64,000 bases of DNA from Escherichia coli (GCF_050920415.1 NZ_CP169309.1), one strand, 5' to 3'; counted from the stretch's first letter, positions 47,975 through 61,550 are shown. Notes: generated by a model not told the origin, from the letters alone. A program made the numbers and translations.

Positions 47975-49750
47975 TTAACGCTTGTACAACGGACCGTAGT
48001 TCTGGCAAGCGCGGTAATCCTGGCCTTCAATATCCATGCCGTGCGCAGCCCAGGCAGAAGGACGATACACTTTGGTCTCTTCAACGTTGTGCATACATAC
48101 CGGGATACGCAGCATGGAGGCGAGAGTGATAAAGTCTGCGCCAACGTGGCCGATGGTCAGAACCCCATGGTTAGCGCCCCAGTTCGCCATTACCGAGTAC
48201 ACATCCGTAAACGGCCCTTTACCGGTGAGGCGCGGTGCAAACCAGGTGGTTGGCCAGGTTGAGTTGGTGCGTTTGTTGAGGATGTCATGCACATCCTTCG
48301 GTAACTCAACGCTCCAGCCTTCCGCGATTTGCAGTACCGGTCCCAGGCCTTTGATGATGTTGACACGGGTCATGGTGAACGGGACACCGCCTTCAGTAAG
48401 GAAGCGGGAAGAGTAACCACCGCCACGGAAATATTCGTGGATAGCCGGGCACCATTCGGTCGCGGCGAGGCAAGCGTCAGCCTCTTGCTGAGAGATTTCC
48501 CAGTGCGGCTTCATCGTCGGTTTACCTTCGCTGTCGCGTTGTTTACAGGATCCGTCCAGCGCAGCAGAACCGGAGTTGATCAAGTGGATGATGCCGTGTT
48601 CTGCCAGTCCGTCCAGTTTATGCCCCGTTACTCGCTCAATTGCTTCTGGTGACCAGTAGGTACGCACATCGGCAAATACCTGAGCGGTGCCGGTGAGTTG
48701 GTGACCCATTAGCATTGCCACGCCGTTAAGACTGTCGTTTTCGGTCGCCACGACAAAGGGTTCACGCACGCCATTCCAGTCAAATGAACTGTTAAGGATC
48801 GCTTCGGCGGTGTCGCCATTGGGATATTGATCGGTCCAGTGACGTTGTCCCTGGAAGCCCGCAGCGATGGCGTTGTAGCCAAGTGATTCTTCCACGCGAC
48901 CAATATCGGCCAGTTTGCTGTTGCCTTGCATCATGTCGCGGATACACATCGCCATCAGTAAACTTTCGCGCAGAACTGCGCGGCTTTGCTCGGCATTGCG
49001 TTGATACTGTTTGTTATTTTCATCTTCGCCATAGCGGAAGTTTTTATCAGCCCAGGCCAGCGCCATTTCCAGTTCTGCTTCGTCGTAAATCTTCTGATCA
49101 ATACGGCGACGCAGTTCGGTCATATCCACCGCCTGGACTTTCATTCCCAGCCAGGATTCAAAGAAGTTGTGGTCAACGATGGAACCGGCGATCCCCATCG
49201 AAACGCCGCCCAGCGACAGATAGCTTTTACCTTTCATACTGGCGACTGCCAAACCGGCGCGGGCAAAGCGCAGCAGTTTTTCTTCAACGTCGGCAGGAAT
49301 CGATGTGTCATCGGCATCCTGAACGTCATGACCGTAAATGGAGAATGCCGGGATACCTTTCTGACTGTGAGCTGCCAGAGCTGCGGCGAGGTAAACAGCG
49401 CCTGGGCGTTCAGTGCCGTTAAAGCCCCAAATGGCTTTCGGGCGGGTAGGGTCCATGTCAATGGTTTCACTGCCATAGCACCAGCAAGGCGTTACCGTAA
49501 TGGTGAGGCCTACATTCTGGCTGCTGAATTTTTCTTCGCAAGCAGCAGCTTCAGCCATACCCGCGATACAGGTATCGGAAATGACACACTCGACGGCAGC
49601 TCCGCAGGCATGGCGCAGTTTCTCGGTCAGCAGTGCGGCCGTAGCTTTCGCCATATTCATTGTTTGTTCTTCAAGCGACTCACGAACACCCATGCGACGA
49701 CCGTCAATAACCGGGCGGATACCAATTTTCGGTAAGCTGATTTTTTTCAT
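47975..49750 (-). CDS. fucI: L-fucose isomerase
   Basis: 591 aa; recognised as FucI. Confidence 0.95.
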   Translation of the reverse strand: MKKISLPKIGIRPVIDGRRMGVRESLEEQTMNMAKATAALLTEKLRHACGAAVECVISDTCIAGMAEAAACEEKFSSQNVGLTITVTPCWCYGSETIDMDPTRPKAIWGFNGTERPGAVYLAAALAAHSQKGIPAFSIYGHDVQDADDTSIPADVEEKLLRFARAGLAVASMKGKSYLSLGGVSMGIAGSIVDHNFFESWLGMKVQAVDMTELRRRIDQKIYDEAELEMALAWADKNFRYGEDENNKQYQRNAEQSRAVLRESLLMAMCIRDMMQGNSKLADIGRVEESLGYNAIAAGFQGQRHWTDQYPNGDTAEAILNSSFDWNGVREPFVVATENDSLNGVAMLMGHQLTGTAQVFADVRTYWSPEAIERVTGHKLDGLAEHGIIHLINSGSAALDGSCKQRDSEGKPTMKPHWEISQQEADACLAATEWCPAIHEYFRGGGYSSRFLTEGGVPFTMTRVNIIKGLGPVLQIAEGWSVELPKDVHDILNKRTNSTWPTTWFAPRLTGKGPFTDVYSVMANWGANHGVLTIGHVGADFITLASMLRIPVCMHNVEETKVYRPSAWAAHGMDIEGQDYRACQNYGPLYKR

Positions 49751-49782
49751 TACAGATTCCTCACTTTATTCGGAAAATATGT

Positions 49783-51099
49783 TCAGTTAGTTGCCGTTTG
49801 AGAACGGAAACGGGCAAAGATAAAGATGACCGCGAAGCAGAGTGCGGGGATCAGTTCGGCTGTGGGGATGTTGCCCGCCGCGTCACTGACAAAACCCATG
49901 ACCGGAGTGACAATACCGCCGCCAATAATGGTCATAACGATGAAGGACGAGCCGTATTTGGTGTCCTGGCCGAGATTCTTTATGCCCAGCGAGAAGATTG
50001 TTGGGTACTGAATCGACATAAAGGCGCTGCATAAAGTCAGGGCTATTAAACCCACATGACCGCCAGCGAAGGCTGAGATCAGGCACAGTGCCATAGCGAT
50101 TAATGCGTAGGCTGCCAGGACTTTGTGTGGTGCGAAGCGACTGATGAGCCAGGTGCCGGTGAAACGACCAATAAAGAAGCACACCATGGTTCCGGTTAAA
50201 TAGTTAGCGGCAAAGCCTGCGGTCATACCTGGAATTTCTTCTACAGCGTAGCGAATTAAATAGCTCCAGCAGGCCGTTTGTGCGCCAACGTAGCAGAATT
50301 GCGCTAATACTGCCCAGCGCCAGTGGCGAATACGCGCCAGGCGAGAAAGCGATGCGGAGAACGATCCTTGTTTGGCGTCACTGTGATTATCACTCTGCAA
50401 TGCCGGGAATTTCGTCAGCATGATCAGCAGGGCGACCAGTAACACGATAGCCACGATGATCATATAAGGTGTCTGTACCGATAATACCAAGCTGTGTTTA
50501 TACGCACTCAATTGCTCTGGTGACATTTTATCGAGAACGTCTTGCGATTGATGTGGCACGTTAGACAAAATAAGACTTTGCCCAAAGACAACCGCAATAA
50601 TTGCGCCAAATGAGTTAAATGTTTGCGCAAGATTTAAGCGAAAGTGACCGCTGCTTTCTGGTCCTAATACCGTAACGAAAGGGTTTGCGGCAGTTTCCAG
50701 ACAACCTAATCCGGCTGCAATAATAAATAGGCCAATTAAAAATAAGGTGTAGTTCATTATTTCTGCGGCGGGCCAGAATAATGCAGCGCCGAAGGCATAT
50801 AAAAACAATCCGGTAATAATCCCTGCTTTATAACTGAGTTTTTTCATCAATATCCCGGCAGGGATTGGGATAATGAAATAACCAAAGTAAAAGGCCGATT
50901 GGATCAGACCTGCCTGAAAGTTTGTCAGCGTAAAAGCCTGCTGAAATTGAGGCAATAAAATGTCGTTAAGGTTATTGGCTACCGCCCAAAGAAAAAACAG
51001 TGAGCACAGCAGCGCGAATGGAATAATGTAACTTCTGCTTTGCCCTGCATCTTTATCTACCGCACGGTAACTCTGCGTTTGTATTGATGTGTTTCCCAT
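49783..51099 (-). CDS. fucP: L-fucose:H+ symporter (MFS)
   Basis: 438 aa; 12-TM profile; recognised as FucP. Confidence 0.95.
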   Translation of the reverse strand: MGNTSIQTQSYRAVDKDAGQSRSYIIPFALLCSLFFLWAVANNLNDILLPQFQQAFTLTNFQAGLIQSAFYFGYFIIPIPAGILMKKLSYKAGIITGLFLYAFGAALFWPAAEIMNYTLFLIGLFIIAAGLGCLETAANPFVTVLGPESSGHFRLNLAQTFNSFGAIIAVVFGQSLILSNVPHQSQDVLDKMSPEQLSAYKHSLVLSVQTPYMIIVAIVLLVALLIMLTKFPALQSDNHSDAKQGSFSASLSRLARIRHWRWAVLAQFCYVGAQTACWSYLIRYAVEEIPGMTAGFAANYLTGTMVCFFIGRFTGTWLISRFAPHKVLAAYALIAMALCLISAFAGGHVGLIALTLCSAFMSIQYPTIFSLGIKNLGQDTKYGSSFIVMTIIGGGIVTPVMGFVSDAAGNIPTAELIPALCFAVIFIFARFRSQTATN

Positions 51100-51645
51100 A
51101 GCATCCTCTTAGGTTCAGAAGCTTAAGCACGTAATCGGTTATGTTTTCAAAAGTGCAAAACCAGCGAGTTCGGGCTTCATATCAGTGAATATTTGCCTGT
51201 CTGAAATGAACTCATGGATTCATTTTCAAATAAAAAACGCTCTGTAATATGACGGCGGTCACACTTATTAGCTGGAAGGTGACTTTATGTGACTACCATC
51301 ACTTTAATAATCGAAATTTCATGCCCGTTTCAGAAAATAAATCATAAAAAACACAAACCCGATGACCGTATTAATTGTTTGTGCCGAAAACGGGCATTTC
51401 TGGCGAGGGGGAATGGAAAAATGACCGTTTTGATAAATATTTTTAAGAGCGGTCATTTTTAATAGGGTTATAAAAAGACAACTTGCAGTTATTTACTGTG
51501 ATTAGTTGAACCAGGTCACAAAATCTAAGCTTGTGAATTTCTTTCTGGTTAATCAGGAAGAAGATGGTGGGTAATTAAACGGCTAATTCAATAGTGTGAA
51601 AGGAACAACATTATTGCCCTGTTTTGAATCAGAGAGAGGTAGCTA
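51100..51645. promoter_or_regulatory. Divergent fucPIKUR / fucAO control region
   Basis: 546 bp AT-rich gap between divergent fucP and fucA; individual FucR/CRP sites not resolved by eye. Confidence 0.55.
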
Positions 51646-52293
51646 ATGGAACGAAATAAACTTGCTCGTCAGATTATTGACACTTGCCTGGAAATGACCC
51701 GCTTGGGACTGAACCAGGGAACAGCGGGTAACGTCAGTGTACGTTATCAGGATGGGATGCTGATTACGCCTACAGGCATTCCGTATGAAAAACTGACGGA
51801 GTCGCATATTGTCTTTATTGATGGCAACGGTAAACATGAGGAAGGAAAGCTTCCCTCAAGCGAATGGCGTTTCCATATGGCGGCCTATCAAAGCAGACCG
51901 GATGCCAACGCGATTGTTCACAATCATGCCGTTCATTGCACGGCAGTTTCCATTCTTAACCGACCGATCCCTGCTATTCACTACATGATTGCGGCGGCTG
52001 GTGGTAATTCTATTCCTTGCGCGCCTTATGCGACCTTTGGAACTCGCGAACTTTCTGAACATGTTGCGCTGGCTCTCAAAAACCGTAAGGCAACTTTGTT
52101 ACAACATCATGGGCTTATCGCTTGTGAGGTGAATCTGGAGAAAGCGTTATGGCTGGCGCATGAGGTTGAAGTGCTGGCGCAACTTTACCTGACGACCCTG
52201 GCGATTACGGACCCGGTGCCAGTGCTGAGCGATGAAGAGATTGCCGTAGTGCTGGAGAAATTCAAAACCTACGGGTTACGGATTGAAGAGTAA
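51646..52293 (+). CDS. fucA: L-fuculose-1-phosphate aldolase
   Basis: 215 aa class II aldolase; recognised as FucA. Confidence 0.95.
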   Translation: MERNKLARQIIDTCLEMTRLGLNQGTAGNVSVRYQDGMLITPTGIPYEKLTESHIVFIDGNGKHEEGKLPSSEWRFHMAAYQSRPDANAIVHNHAVHCTAVSILNRPIPAIHYMIAAAGGNSIPCAPYATFGTRELSEHVALALKNRKATLLQHHGLIACEVNLEKALWLAHEVEVLAQLYLTTLAITDPVPVLSDEEIAVVLEKFKTYGLRIEE

Positions 52294-52320
52294 TTTCGTA
52301 AAGCAAAAAGGAGCAGGATG

Positions 52321-53469
52321 ATGGCTAACAGAATGATTCTGAACGAAACGGCATGGTTTGGTCGGGGAGCTGTTGGGGCCTTAACTGATGAGGTGAAACG
52401 CCGTGGTTATCAGAAGGCACTGATCGTCACCGATAAAACGCTGGTGCAATGCGGCGTGGTGGCGAAAGTGACCGATAAGATGGATGCTGCAGGGCTGGCA
52501 TGGGCGATTTACGATGGTGTAGTGCCCAACCCGACAATTACTGTCGTCAAAGAAGGGCTTGGTGTATTCCAGAGTAGCGGTGCGGATTACCTGATCGCTA
52601 TTGGTGGTGGTTCTCCACAGGACACGTGTAAAGCGATTGGCATCATCAGCAACAACCCGGAATTCGCCGATGTGCGCAGTCTGGAAGGGCTTTCCCCGAC
52701 CAATAAACCCAGTGTACCGATTCTGGCAATCCCCACCACAGCAGGCACTGCGGCAGAAGTGACCATTAACTATGTGATCACTGACGAAGAAAAACGACGC
52801 AAGTTCGTTTGTGTTGATCCGCATGATATCCCGCAGGTGGCATTTATTGACGCTGACATGATGGATGGTATGCCGCCTGCGCTGAAAGCCGCGACGGGTG
52901 TCGATGCACTCACTCATGCTATTGAGGGGTATATTACTCGTGGTGCGTGGGCGCTAACCGATGCGCTGCACATTAAAGCGATTGAAATTATTGCTGGGGC
53001 GCTACGAGGATCGGTTGCTGGTGATAAGGATGCCGGAGAAGAAATGGCGCTCGGGCAGTATGTTGCGGGTATGGGCTTCTCGAATGTTGGGTTAGGGCTG
53101 GTGCATGGTATGGCGCATCCGCTGGGCGCGTTTTACAACACTCCACACGGTGTTGCGAACGCCATCTTGTTACCGCATGTCATGCGTTATAACGCCGAAT
53201 TTACTGGCGAGAAGTACCGCGATATCGCGCGCGTTATGGGCGTGAAAGTGGAAGGTTTGAGCCTGGAAGACGCGCGTAATGCCGCTGTTGAAGCGGTATT
53301 TGCTCTCAACCGTGATGTCGGTATTCCGCCACATTTGCGTGATGTTGGTGTACGCAAGGAAGACATTCCGGCACTGGCGCAGGCGGCTCTGGACGATGTT
53401 TGTACCGGTGGCAACCCGCGTGAAGCAACGCTTGAGGATATTGTAGCGCTTTACCATACCGCCTGGTAA
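52321..53469 (+). CDS. fucO: L-1,2-propanediol oxidoreductase (lactaldehyde reductase)
   Basis: Iron-containing alcohol dehydrogenase; start MANRMILNE (second ATG). Confidence 0.93.
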   Translation: MANRMILNETAWFGRGAVGALTDEVKRRGYQKALIVTDKTLVQCGVVAKVTDKMDAAGLAWAIYDGVVPNPTITVVKEGLGVFQSSGADYLIAIGGGSPQDTCKAIGIISNNPEFADVRSLEGLSPTNKPSVPILAIPTTAGTAAEVTINYVITDEEKRRKFVCVDPHDIPQVAFIDADMMDGMPPALKAATGVDALTHAIEGYITRGAWALTDALHIKAIEIIAGALRGSVAGDKDAGEEMALGQYVAGMGFSNVGLGLVHGMAHPLGAFYNTPHGVANAILLPHVMRYNAEFTGEKYRDIARVMGVKVEGLSLEDARNAAVEAVFALNRDVGIPPHLRDVGVRKEDIPALAQAALDDVCTGGNPREATLEDIVALYHTAW

Positions 53470-53523
53470 TTGCGCTGATGTGACGATGCCGGATGCGACG
53501 TTTGCACCGTATCCGGCACGCCG

Positions 53524-54390
<867 letters not shown>

Positions 54391-55758
54391 TTAATCGCAG
54401 GCAACGATCTTCATCGCCAGGCCACCACGAGAGGTTTCGCGGTACTTGGCATTCATATCTTTACCTGTTTCGTACATGGTTTCGATAACTTTATCGAGGC
54501 AGACACGTGGTTCGCTGGTACGGCGTAGCGCCATACGTGCAGCGTTCACCGCTTTTACTGCCGCAATGGCGTTACGCTCAATGCACGGTACCTGAACTTG
54601 TCCAGCAACCGGGTCACAAGTCAGACCGAGGTTGTGTTCCATGGCGATTTCCGCCGCGATGCACACCTGCGCCGGGCTTGCGCCTAACAGTTCTGCCAGA
54701 CCAGCTGCCGCCATAGAGCACGCCACGCCAACTTCACCCTGGCAACCCACTTCGGCACCAGAAATCGAGGCGTTCATCTTATAAAGAGAACCAATCGCGC
54801 TTGCTACCAGCAGGTAACGAGCCAGTGAGTTAGCGTTCACTTCGCGGATAAACTTGTCGTAGTACGCCAGCACTGCCGGGATAATCCCGCACGCACCGTT
54901 AGTCGGCGCAGTCACCACGCGACCGCCCGCAGCGTTCTCTTCGTTCACTGCCAGCGCAAACATGTTGATCCAGTCAACAACTGCCATCGGATCAGTGGTG
55001 GTTTTATCCTGGCTAACCAGCATCCGGCGCAGTGCCGCAGCGCGGCGTGGAACGCGCAGTTTGCCTGGCAACACGCCTTCGGTGGCAATACCGCGCTCAA
55101 TACCGCCACGCATTACTTCCCAGACGTTCGCCAGGTGCTGTTCCAGCTCTTCTTTGCTGTGCAGCGCCAGCTCGTTTTTCATCATCAGACCAGAGAGTGA
55201 CAGCCCGGTCTCCTGACAATGTTTTTGAAGATCGGCAGCGGAACTGTACGGATAAGGAACTTCAACCGGTGCGCTATCCTGCTGACCAAAATGTTCTTCA
55301 TCAACGATAAAGCCACCGCCGATAGAGTAGTAAGTCTGACTGTAAACGACTTTATCGCCCGCCAGCGCGGTAATGCGCATGCCGTTTTCATGCAGAGAAA
55401 GGTTATCGGCATGGAAGTTCATGCACTGATCAACCGGGAACTCCACTTCGTGCTGACCGTTTGCCAACATCAGGCGACCATGAGTATTCACATCCTGAAT
55501 AAAACCAGGGATGGAATCGATATCCACGGTATCCGGCAGGTTACCCGCCAGGCCCATAATAATGGCGATATCAGTGTGGTGGCCTTTACCAGTCAGAGAG
55601 AGCGAGCCGTACACGTCAACCACCACGCGGGTCACGTCTTTAAGCAGGTTACGGGCAATCAGATCGTCGGTAAATTGTTTACCCGCTTTCATTGGTCCAA
55701 CGGTATGAGAACTGGAAGGGCCAATGCCGATTTTGAAAATATCGAATACGCTAATCAT
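54391..55758 (-). CDS. sdaB: L-serine dehydratase 2
   Basis: 455 aa; recognised as SdaB. Confidence 0.94.
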   Translation of the reverse strand: MISVFDIFKIGIGPSSSHTVGPMKAGKQFTDDLIARNLLKDVTRVVVDVYGSLSLTGKGHHTDIAIIMGLAGNLPDTVDIDSIPGFIQDVNTHGRLMLANGQHEVEFPVDQCMNFHADNLSLHENGMRITALAGDKVVYSQTYYSIGGGFIVDEEHFGQQDSAPVEVPYPYSSAADLQKHCQETGLSLSGLMMKNELALHSKEELEQHLANVWEVMRGGIERGIATEGVLPGKLRVPRRAAALRRMLVSQDKTTTDPMAVVDWINMFALAVNEENAAGGRVVTAPTNGACGIIPAVLAYYDKFIREVNANSLARYLLVASAIGSLYKMNASISGAEVGCQGEVGVACSMAAAGLAELLGASPAQVCIAAEIAMEHNLGLTCDPVAGQVQVPCIERNAIAAVKAVNAARMALRRTSEPRVCLDKVIETMYETGKDMNAKYRETSRGGLAMKIVACD

Positions 55759-55815
55759 AGGAAATACATCGCGTTAAAACGGAGGAAGCGCCGCCCGAAA
55801 GCGGCGCGAAAGGAC

Positions 55816-57105
55816 TTAGCTGAACAGAGAGTAGAAGATTGCGGAGATTGCAATCAGACCCATCACGACAACGAATACGTTGCTGATGTGACCGCTGTAC
55901 TTACGCATTGCCGGTACTTTCTGGATTGCGTACATCGGCATCAGGAACAGGATCATCGCGATGATTGGGCCACCCAGGGTTTCAATCATACCCAGGATGC
56001 TCGGGTTCAGGGTGGCAACAATCCAGGTCGTTACCAGCATGAACAGCGCAGTGATACGGTTCAGCTTGTTGATTTCGATAGACTTACCTTTACCACGCAG
56101 AGATTTAATCACCATACCGTTGAAGCCTTCACGTGCACCCAGGTAGTGGCCGAGGAAGGATTTGGTGATAGCGATAATCGCGATAATCGGAGCCATCCAC
56201 GCGATAACCGGTGCGTTAAAGTGGTTAGCCAGGTAAGACAGAATCGAGATGTTCTGCTCTTTAGCCGCAGCCAGGTCTGCCGGAGTCAGGCTCAGTACGC
56301 AGCTGAAGACGAAGAACATTACGGTCAGCACCATCATGATGTGTGCGAATGCCAGGATCTTCGAGCATTTCTGTTCTGCCATATCGCCGTACTCTTCACG
56401 CTTCGCAACGGCGAAAGAAGAGATGATCGGAGAGTGGTTGAACGAGAACACCATGACCGGAATCGCCAGCCACAGGGTCATCCACAGACCGTTGCCGGTT
56501 GCCGATGCAGTGTCCAGAGACAGCGTTTCCAGTGCTGCGCCGTTCCACTGCGGGATCAGGTACAGAGCCAGCAGCATCAGTACACCAACAAACGGGAATA
56601 CCAGAATACTCATCGCCTTCACGATCATCTGCTCACCGAAGCGAACAATGGTCATCATACCCACAATCAGGATCAGAGACAGAATCGCACGCGGCGGCGG
56701 CGTCATACCCAGCTGGTGAGACATGAAGCTTTCAACCGTGTTGGTGATTGCCACACTGTAAACCAGCAGGATCGGGTAGATAGCAAAGAAGTAGAGCAGG
56801 GTAATCAGTTTACCTGCACCAATACCAAAGTGTTCTTCTACAACCTCGGTGATGTCTTCGCCTGGGTTTTTACCAGACAGTACGAAGCGAGTCAGGCCGC
56901 GGTGAGCAAAAAACGTCATCGGGAACGCAAGGATAGCCATGATGATCAGCGGGATCATACCGCCAACACCGGCGTTGATTGGCAGGAACAGCACGCCCGC
57001 GCCGATTGCCGTGCCGTAAAGGCCCAGCATCCACATGGTGTCTGTCTTGCGCCATGCACTACGTGAGTCTTTCGACACAATCGTGCTGGTTTGAGTCGTT
57101 TCCAT
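55816..57105 (-). CDS. sdaC: Serine:H+ symporter
   Basis: 429 aa from second ATG (METTQTSTI); HAAAP transporter. Confidence 0.94.
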   Translation of the reverse strand: METTQTSTIVSKDSRSAWRKTDTMWMLGLYGTAIGAGVLFLPINAGVGGMIPLIIMAILAFPMTFFAHRGLTRFVLSGKNPGEDITEVVEEHFGIGAGKLITLLYFFAIYPILLVYSVAITNTVESFMSHQLGMTPPPRAILSLILIVGMMTIVRFGEQMIVKAMSILVFPFVGVLMLLALYLIPQWNGAALETLSLDTASATGNGLWMTLWLAIPVMVFSFNHSPIISSFAVAKREEYGDMAEQKCSKILAFAHIMMVLTVMFFVFSCVLSLTPADLAAAKEQNISILSYLANHFNAPVIAWMAPIIAIIAITKSFLGHYLGAREGFNGMVIKSLRGKGKSIEINKLNRITALFMLVTTWIVATLNPSILGMIETLGGPIIAMILFLMPMYAIQKVPAMRKYSGHISNVFVVVMGLIAISAIFYSLFS

Positions 57106-57661
57106 CAATTTCTCCTGGAGGAATGCAAATAATTCAGCTTTTAGCCAGTTCAGCCCGGGAAGGTGCCTGACCGTAAAAATGAAATCTGTCTATCGGCGAT
57201 GGCTTAATCATTTTCCGCCGTAATAATTTGAGGGCGGAAAGATACACACAAGTTATGTATCTATCAGTGATCTTGATCTCAAATACAATAATCTACTTGG
57301 AAGATAGATAATCTCAACGCTTTACTCTGTAAATCAAAAGTAAAAAAGAATTTAAGGGCAATATTTGCCCATTAAACGACATCTGACCTCTTCCGGGGCG
57401 CGCAATATATGTAGGTTGAGCTGAAAAAATCAATACTTTTAGTGAATAATGGGGATAATTTATTTTTCATAGCGATAAAATGTGGTTTGTGAAAACAGGG
57501 AAACGTTTGCGTTGCAATATAAATTGTATGACATATTAACTGTGATGATGTTTATCGCGTGAGGACGGTAAGAAACATTTATATAACAAATGAAATGAAT
57601 TGATGGGTAAGTAACCAAAAACGAGAAAACCCGGCAACTAATGTCACCGGGGAAGGGGAGA

Positions 57662-59026
57662 TTACGTGCAGATTTCGTAGCAAGGGATGTACGCTGAGCC
57701 TGGCAACTTCATACGATGCTGGGCAACAAAACCCTGTAGCAGGTCGTCCATACGACGCATAATCTCTTTATCGCCGTTGATTTTGTAAGGACCAAACTCT
57801 TCAATGGCGCGAATACCGACTTCTTTTACGTTACCCGCCACAATACCGGAGAAGGCACGACGCAGATCAGCGGCCAAAACTTCTACTGGCTGATCCGGGT
57901 ACAGTTTCAGATTAGCCATGTTCTCGTGAGACGGCTCAAACGGCATTTGCAGATCGGGCGCAATGCGCATTGACCAGTTAAAGCTGTAGGCATCGCCCGT
58001 ATCGCGACGGTTTTCTTTCACCAGCGGCATCGATTTTTTCATCTGACGAGCGACTTCAGCGGCGTCATCAATGATGATGCGATAATGGCGTCGTGCGTTT
58101 TCTCCCAGCGTATGCACGACAAACTCGTCCAGTACGCGGAAATAGTCGGCGCTCTCTTTTGGCCCGGTGAGGATCAATGGTAAAACCTGATCTTTGTTGG
58201 CCGGATTCATTAAAATTCCCAGCAAATACAGCAACTCTTCTGCCGTACCCACACCGCCAGGGAAGATAATGATGCCGTGAGCGATACGAACAAAAGCTTC
58301 CAGACGTTTTTCGATATCCGGCATGATGATCAATTCGTTGACCAGCGGGTTAGGCGGTTCAGCGGCGATAATCGACGGCTCAGTCATGCCAATAAAACGA
58401 CTGTCTTTGTAACGCTGCTGTGCGTGTCCGACCGCAGCACCTTTCATCGGCGCTTCCATCGCTCCCGGACCACAGCCGGTGCAGATATTCAGCTCACGCA
58501 GGCCCAGCTGATTCCCGACGCGACGGGCATACAAATACTCGTTTTCGTTAATTGAGTGCCCGCCCCAGCAGACCACCATATTTGGCGCTTCACCGACATG
58601 CAGTGCGCGAGCGTTACGCAAGATGGAAAAGACCAGGTTAGTGATGTGGACGGAGTTGTCGAGATTCAGGTTGGGAAAACGAACGGTGTTATGGATTTGC
58701 CCGTAAACGAAGAGAATGTCACGCAGAACCGCGAACAAGTTGGCCTGCAAAGCGCGGATAATACGCCCATCGACAAAAGCTTCTTCCGGGGGATTAATCA
58801 GTTCCAGCTTTACGCCGCGTTCACGGCGCAGGACGTTAATATCGAAATTTTCAAAACGAGACAGCAATTCTTTGCTGTTATCGGTCAAACTACCGGAGTT
58901 CAGTACGGCAAGTGAACAGTTGCGAAACAGTTGATAGAGGTCGCTGCTGGCGGTGCGTTTAAGCATATCCACTTCCAGCTGCGACAACATATCCATGGAG
59001 CCAAGCGGGCTAATATGTGTAATCAA
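57662..59026 (-). CDS. ppnN: Nucleotide 5'-monophosphate nucleosidase (LOG family)
   Basis: 454 aa; recognised as YgdH/PpnN. Confidence 0.9.
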
Positions 59027-59137
59027 GAAAAACTCCTTATGGGACGAATATCGTCATTCCCTTTGATTACAATAGCCCTGCCTGATGACCTTTCACAACC
59101 TTCTGCGTGAATCCAGCACGCAAAATTGAGAAAAAAT

Positions 59138-59986
59138 TTATTGCCGAACCAGTCTTGTGGTCGATGGGACAAAATCGCTATTACTGCGCCACGGGTTAAT
59201 GTCCAGACCGCCACGACGGGTATAACGTGCGTAAACGCTCAATTTCTCTGGCTGGCAGAAGCGTAACAGGTCATTAAAGATGCGTTCCACGCACTGTTCG
59301 TGGAACTCGTTGTGATGACGGAAAGAGACCAGGTAACGCAGCAGTTTTTCTCTGTCAATTTGGCGTCCACGATACTGAATTTGGATCGAACCCCAATCTG
59401 GTTGATGGGTGATCAGGCAGTTTGATTTCAGCAGGTGGCTGACGAGCGTCTCTTCTACTACTTTTTCACCACTGGTGGCATTCTCAAGATAGTCAGTAGT
59501 GAATTCATAGTTATCGATAGTGATATCCTGGTCATCAATGCAGGTGCCATTGAAATGACCTATCGGCTGGCCTTCCAGTTCATCAAGACGATATAACGCC
59601 ACGCTAACCTTACCCTGAGCGCAAGTGCTTAAGTCGCGCTCCAGCGTCTGGCGCACCTCATCCCAGTTATTAAAACGCGTCTGGTTAAAACTGTTGAGAT
59701 AAAGCTTAAAACTCTTCGACTCAATCAGATTTACGCTGGTGTAATCAAGTTCAACATGACCGACAGCGACCTGCGGCAAACCTTTCGCATTCAGCCAGGA
59801 GAGTTCATACAGCGTCCAGATATCAGCGCCATGAAAAGGCAGGTTATCTGCTTTCAGGCCCAACGGGTCGCGATTCAGGCTGCGTGGAACGCCTTGCAGT
59901 AGGCTGGCGTCATAGGTATCCCGGTAATCGGTTGATTTTCCAAGAGTCAGGCCCGCAAGTGCCTGATGGTTTGCATAAGAAGACAT
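59138..59986 (-). CDS. queF: NADPH-dependent 7-cyano-7-deazaguanine reductase
   Basis: 282 aa; recognised as QueF (YqcD). Confidence 0.92.
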   Translation of the reverse strand: MSSYANHQALAGLTLGKSTDYRDTYDASLLQGVPRSLNRDPLGLKADNLPFHGADIWTLYELSWLNAKGLPQVAVGHVELDYTSVNLIESKSFKLYLNSFNQTRFNNWDEVRQTLERDLSTCAQGKVSVALYRLDELEGQPIGHFNGTCIDDQDITIDNYEFTTDYLENATSGEKVVEETLVSHLLKSNCLITHQPDWGSIQIQYRGRQIDREKLLRYLVSFRHHNEFHEQCVERIFNDLLRFCQPEKLSVYARYTRRGGLDINPWRSNSDFVPSTTRLVRQ

Positions 59987-60053
59987 GTTTCACCGTCATA
60001 AACCAGATAAACTAAACGACAAGTGTATCTGGTTTAAGTGAAGAGAGAAATTA

Positions 60054-60599
60054 GTGGACGATTTGACCGCACAAGCCTTGAAAGATTTTACTGCACGCTA
60101 CTGCGATGCGTGGCATGAAGAGCATAAAAGCTGGCCGTTAAGTGAGGAACTGTACGGCGTTCCTTCACCGTGCATTATTTCAACCACCGAAGACGCTGTA
60201 TACTGGCAACCCCAGCCGTTTACCGGTGAACAAAATGTAAACGCGGTTGAACGTGCTTTTGATATTGTGATACAACCCACGGTTCATACTTTTTACACGA
60301 CCCAGTTTGCCGGGGATATGCACGCGCAGTTTGGCGATATCAAACTGACATTGCTGCAAACCTGGAGTGAAGACGACTTCCGTCGGGTGCAGGAAAATCT
60401 GATTGGTCATCTGGTGACTCAGAAAAGGCTAAAACTGCCGCCCACGCTATTTATCGCGACGCTGGAAGAAGAGTTAGAGGTCATCTCGTTGTGTAATCTC
60501 TCCGGTGAAGTGTGCAAAGAGACGCTGGGAACACGCAAACGGACGCATTTAGCCTCAAATCTTGCGGAATTCCTTAATCAACTTAAGCCTCTTCTGTAA
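60054..60599 (+). CDS. syd: SecY-interacting protein Syd
   Basis: 181 aa; recognised as Syd. Confidence 0.92.
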   Translation: MDDLTAQALKDFTARYCDAWHEEHKSWPLSEELYGVPSPCIISTTEDAVYWQPQPFTGEQNVNAVERAFDIVIQPTVHTFYTTQFAGDMHAQFGDIKLTLLQTWSEDDFRRVQENLIGHLVTQKRLKLPPTLFIATLEEELEVISLCNLSGEVCKETLGTRKRTHLASNLAEFLNQLKPLL

Positions 60600-60809
60600 T
60601 CCAAATACCCCATCTTGTTGTGAGAGATCTCTTACAGACTCTGTAGGAGATCGCCAGGAAATAAGCGAATACTTAAAAAGATAAGAATCGTTATTTTCAT
60701 TTAAAATCAATATATTGCTTGTTAATTCTTAACTTTCATATGAAATTTTCCTTAAGGCATTGTCTGTAAGCGCCTTGTAAGACTTCGCGAAAAAGACGAT
60801 TCTATCTTC

Positions 60810-61177
60810 GTCGACAGGGAGTCAGACAACGAAGTGAACATCAGGATGATGACACTTCTGAAGGACACACCAGGAGGGTGTTTCAGGGAAAGGCTTCTGG
60901 ATGAAGCGAAGAGGATGACGCAGGACGCGTTAAAGGACACCTCCAGGATGGAGAATGAGAACCGGTCAGGATGATTCGGTGGGTCAGGAAGGCCAGGGAC
61001 ACTTCAGGATGAAGTATCACATCGGGGTGGTGTGAGCAGGAAGCAATAGTTCAGGATGAACGATTGGCCGCAAGGCCAGAGGAAAAGTTGTCAAGGATGA
61101 GCAGGGAGCAACAAAAGTAGCTGGAATGCTGCGAAACGAACCGGGAGCACTGTGAATACAGTGCTCCCTTTTTTTAT
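60810..61177 (+). ncRNA. csrB: CsrB sRNA (CsrA-sequestering)
   Basis: Begins GTCGACAGGGAGTCAGACAACGAAGTGAACATCAGGATGATGACAC; at least eight CAGGATG/AGGATGA-type motifs counted by eye; ends with hairpin GGGAGCACTGTGAATACAGTGCTCCC plus T7; between syd and yqcC. Confidence 0.9.
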
Positions 61178-61220
61178 TCCTGCTATCCTTCGCGGCAGTT
61201 TTTCTTATTGAGGTTGCTTT

Positions 61221-61550
61221 ATGACCACTCATGACCGCGTTCGTCTCCAGTTGCAGGCGCTTGAAGCGTTACTGCGTGAACATCAGCACTGGCGAAACGA
61301 TGAACCCCAGCCGCATCAATTTAACAGTACCCAACCGTTCTTTATGGACACCATGGAACCACTGGAGTGGTTGCAGTGGGTGCTGATCCCGCGAATGCAC
61401 GATTTGTTAGATAACAACCAGCCGTTACCGGGCGCTTTTGCCGTTGCACCCTATTATGAAATGGCGCTGGCGACGGACCACCCGCAACGCGCGCTTATTC
61501 TGGCTGAGCTGGAAAAACTGGATGCTCTTTTTGCGGATGATGCGAGCTGA
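61221..61550 (+). CDS. yqcC: DUF446 protein
   Basis: 109 aa; conserved position upstream of truC. Confidence 0.85.
   Translation: MTTHDRVRLQLQALEALLREHQHWRNDEPQPHQFNSTQPFFMDTMEPLEWLQWVLIPRMHDLLDNNQPLPGAFAVAPYYEMALATDHPQRALILAELEKLDALFADDAS

Noticed and set aside
48986-49735. 249 aa plus-strand ORF, with similar antisense ORFs inside recC, recB, ptrA and fucK
   Set aside because: It is entirely antisense to a strongly supported core gene (fucI here); it shows no domain signature and is a typical GC-rich frame artefact.
55219-57066. 615 aa plus-strand ORF
   Set aside because: It is antisense to sdaB and sdaC, which have unambiguous homology; the translation is low-complexity (His/Arg/Gln-rich) with no recognisable domain.
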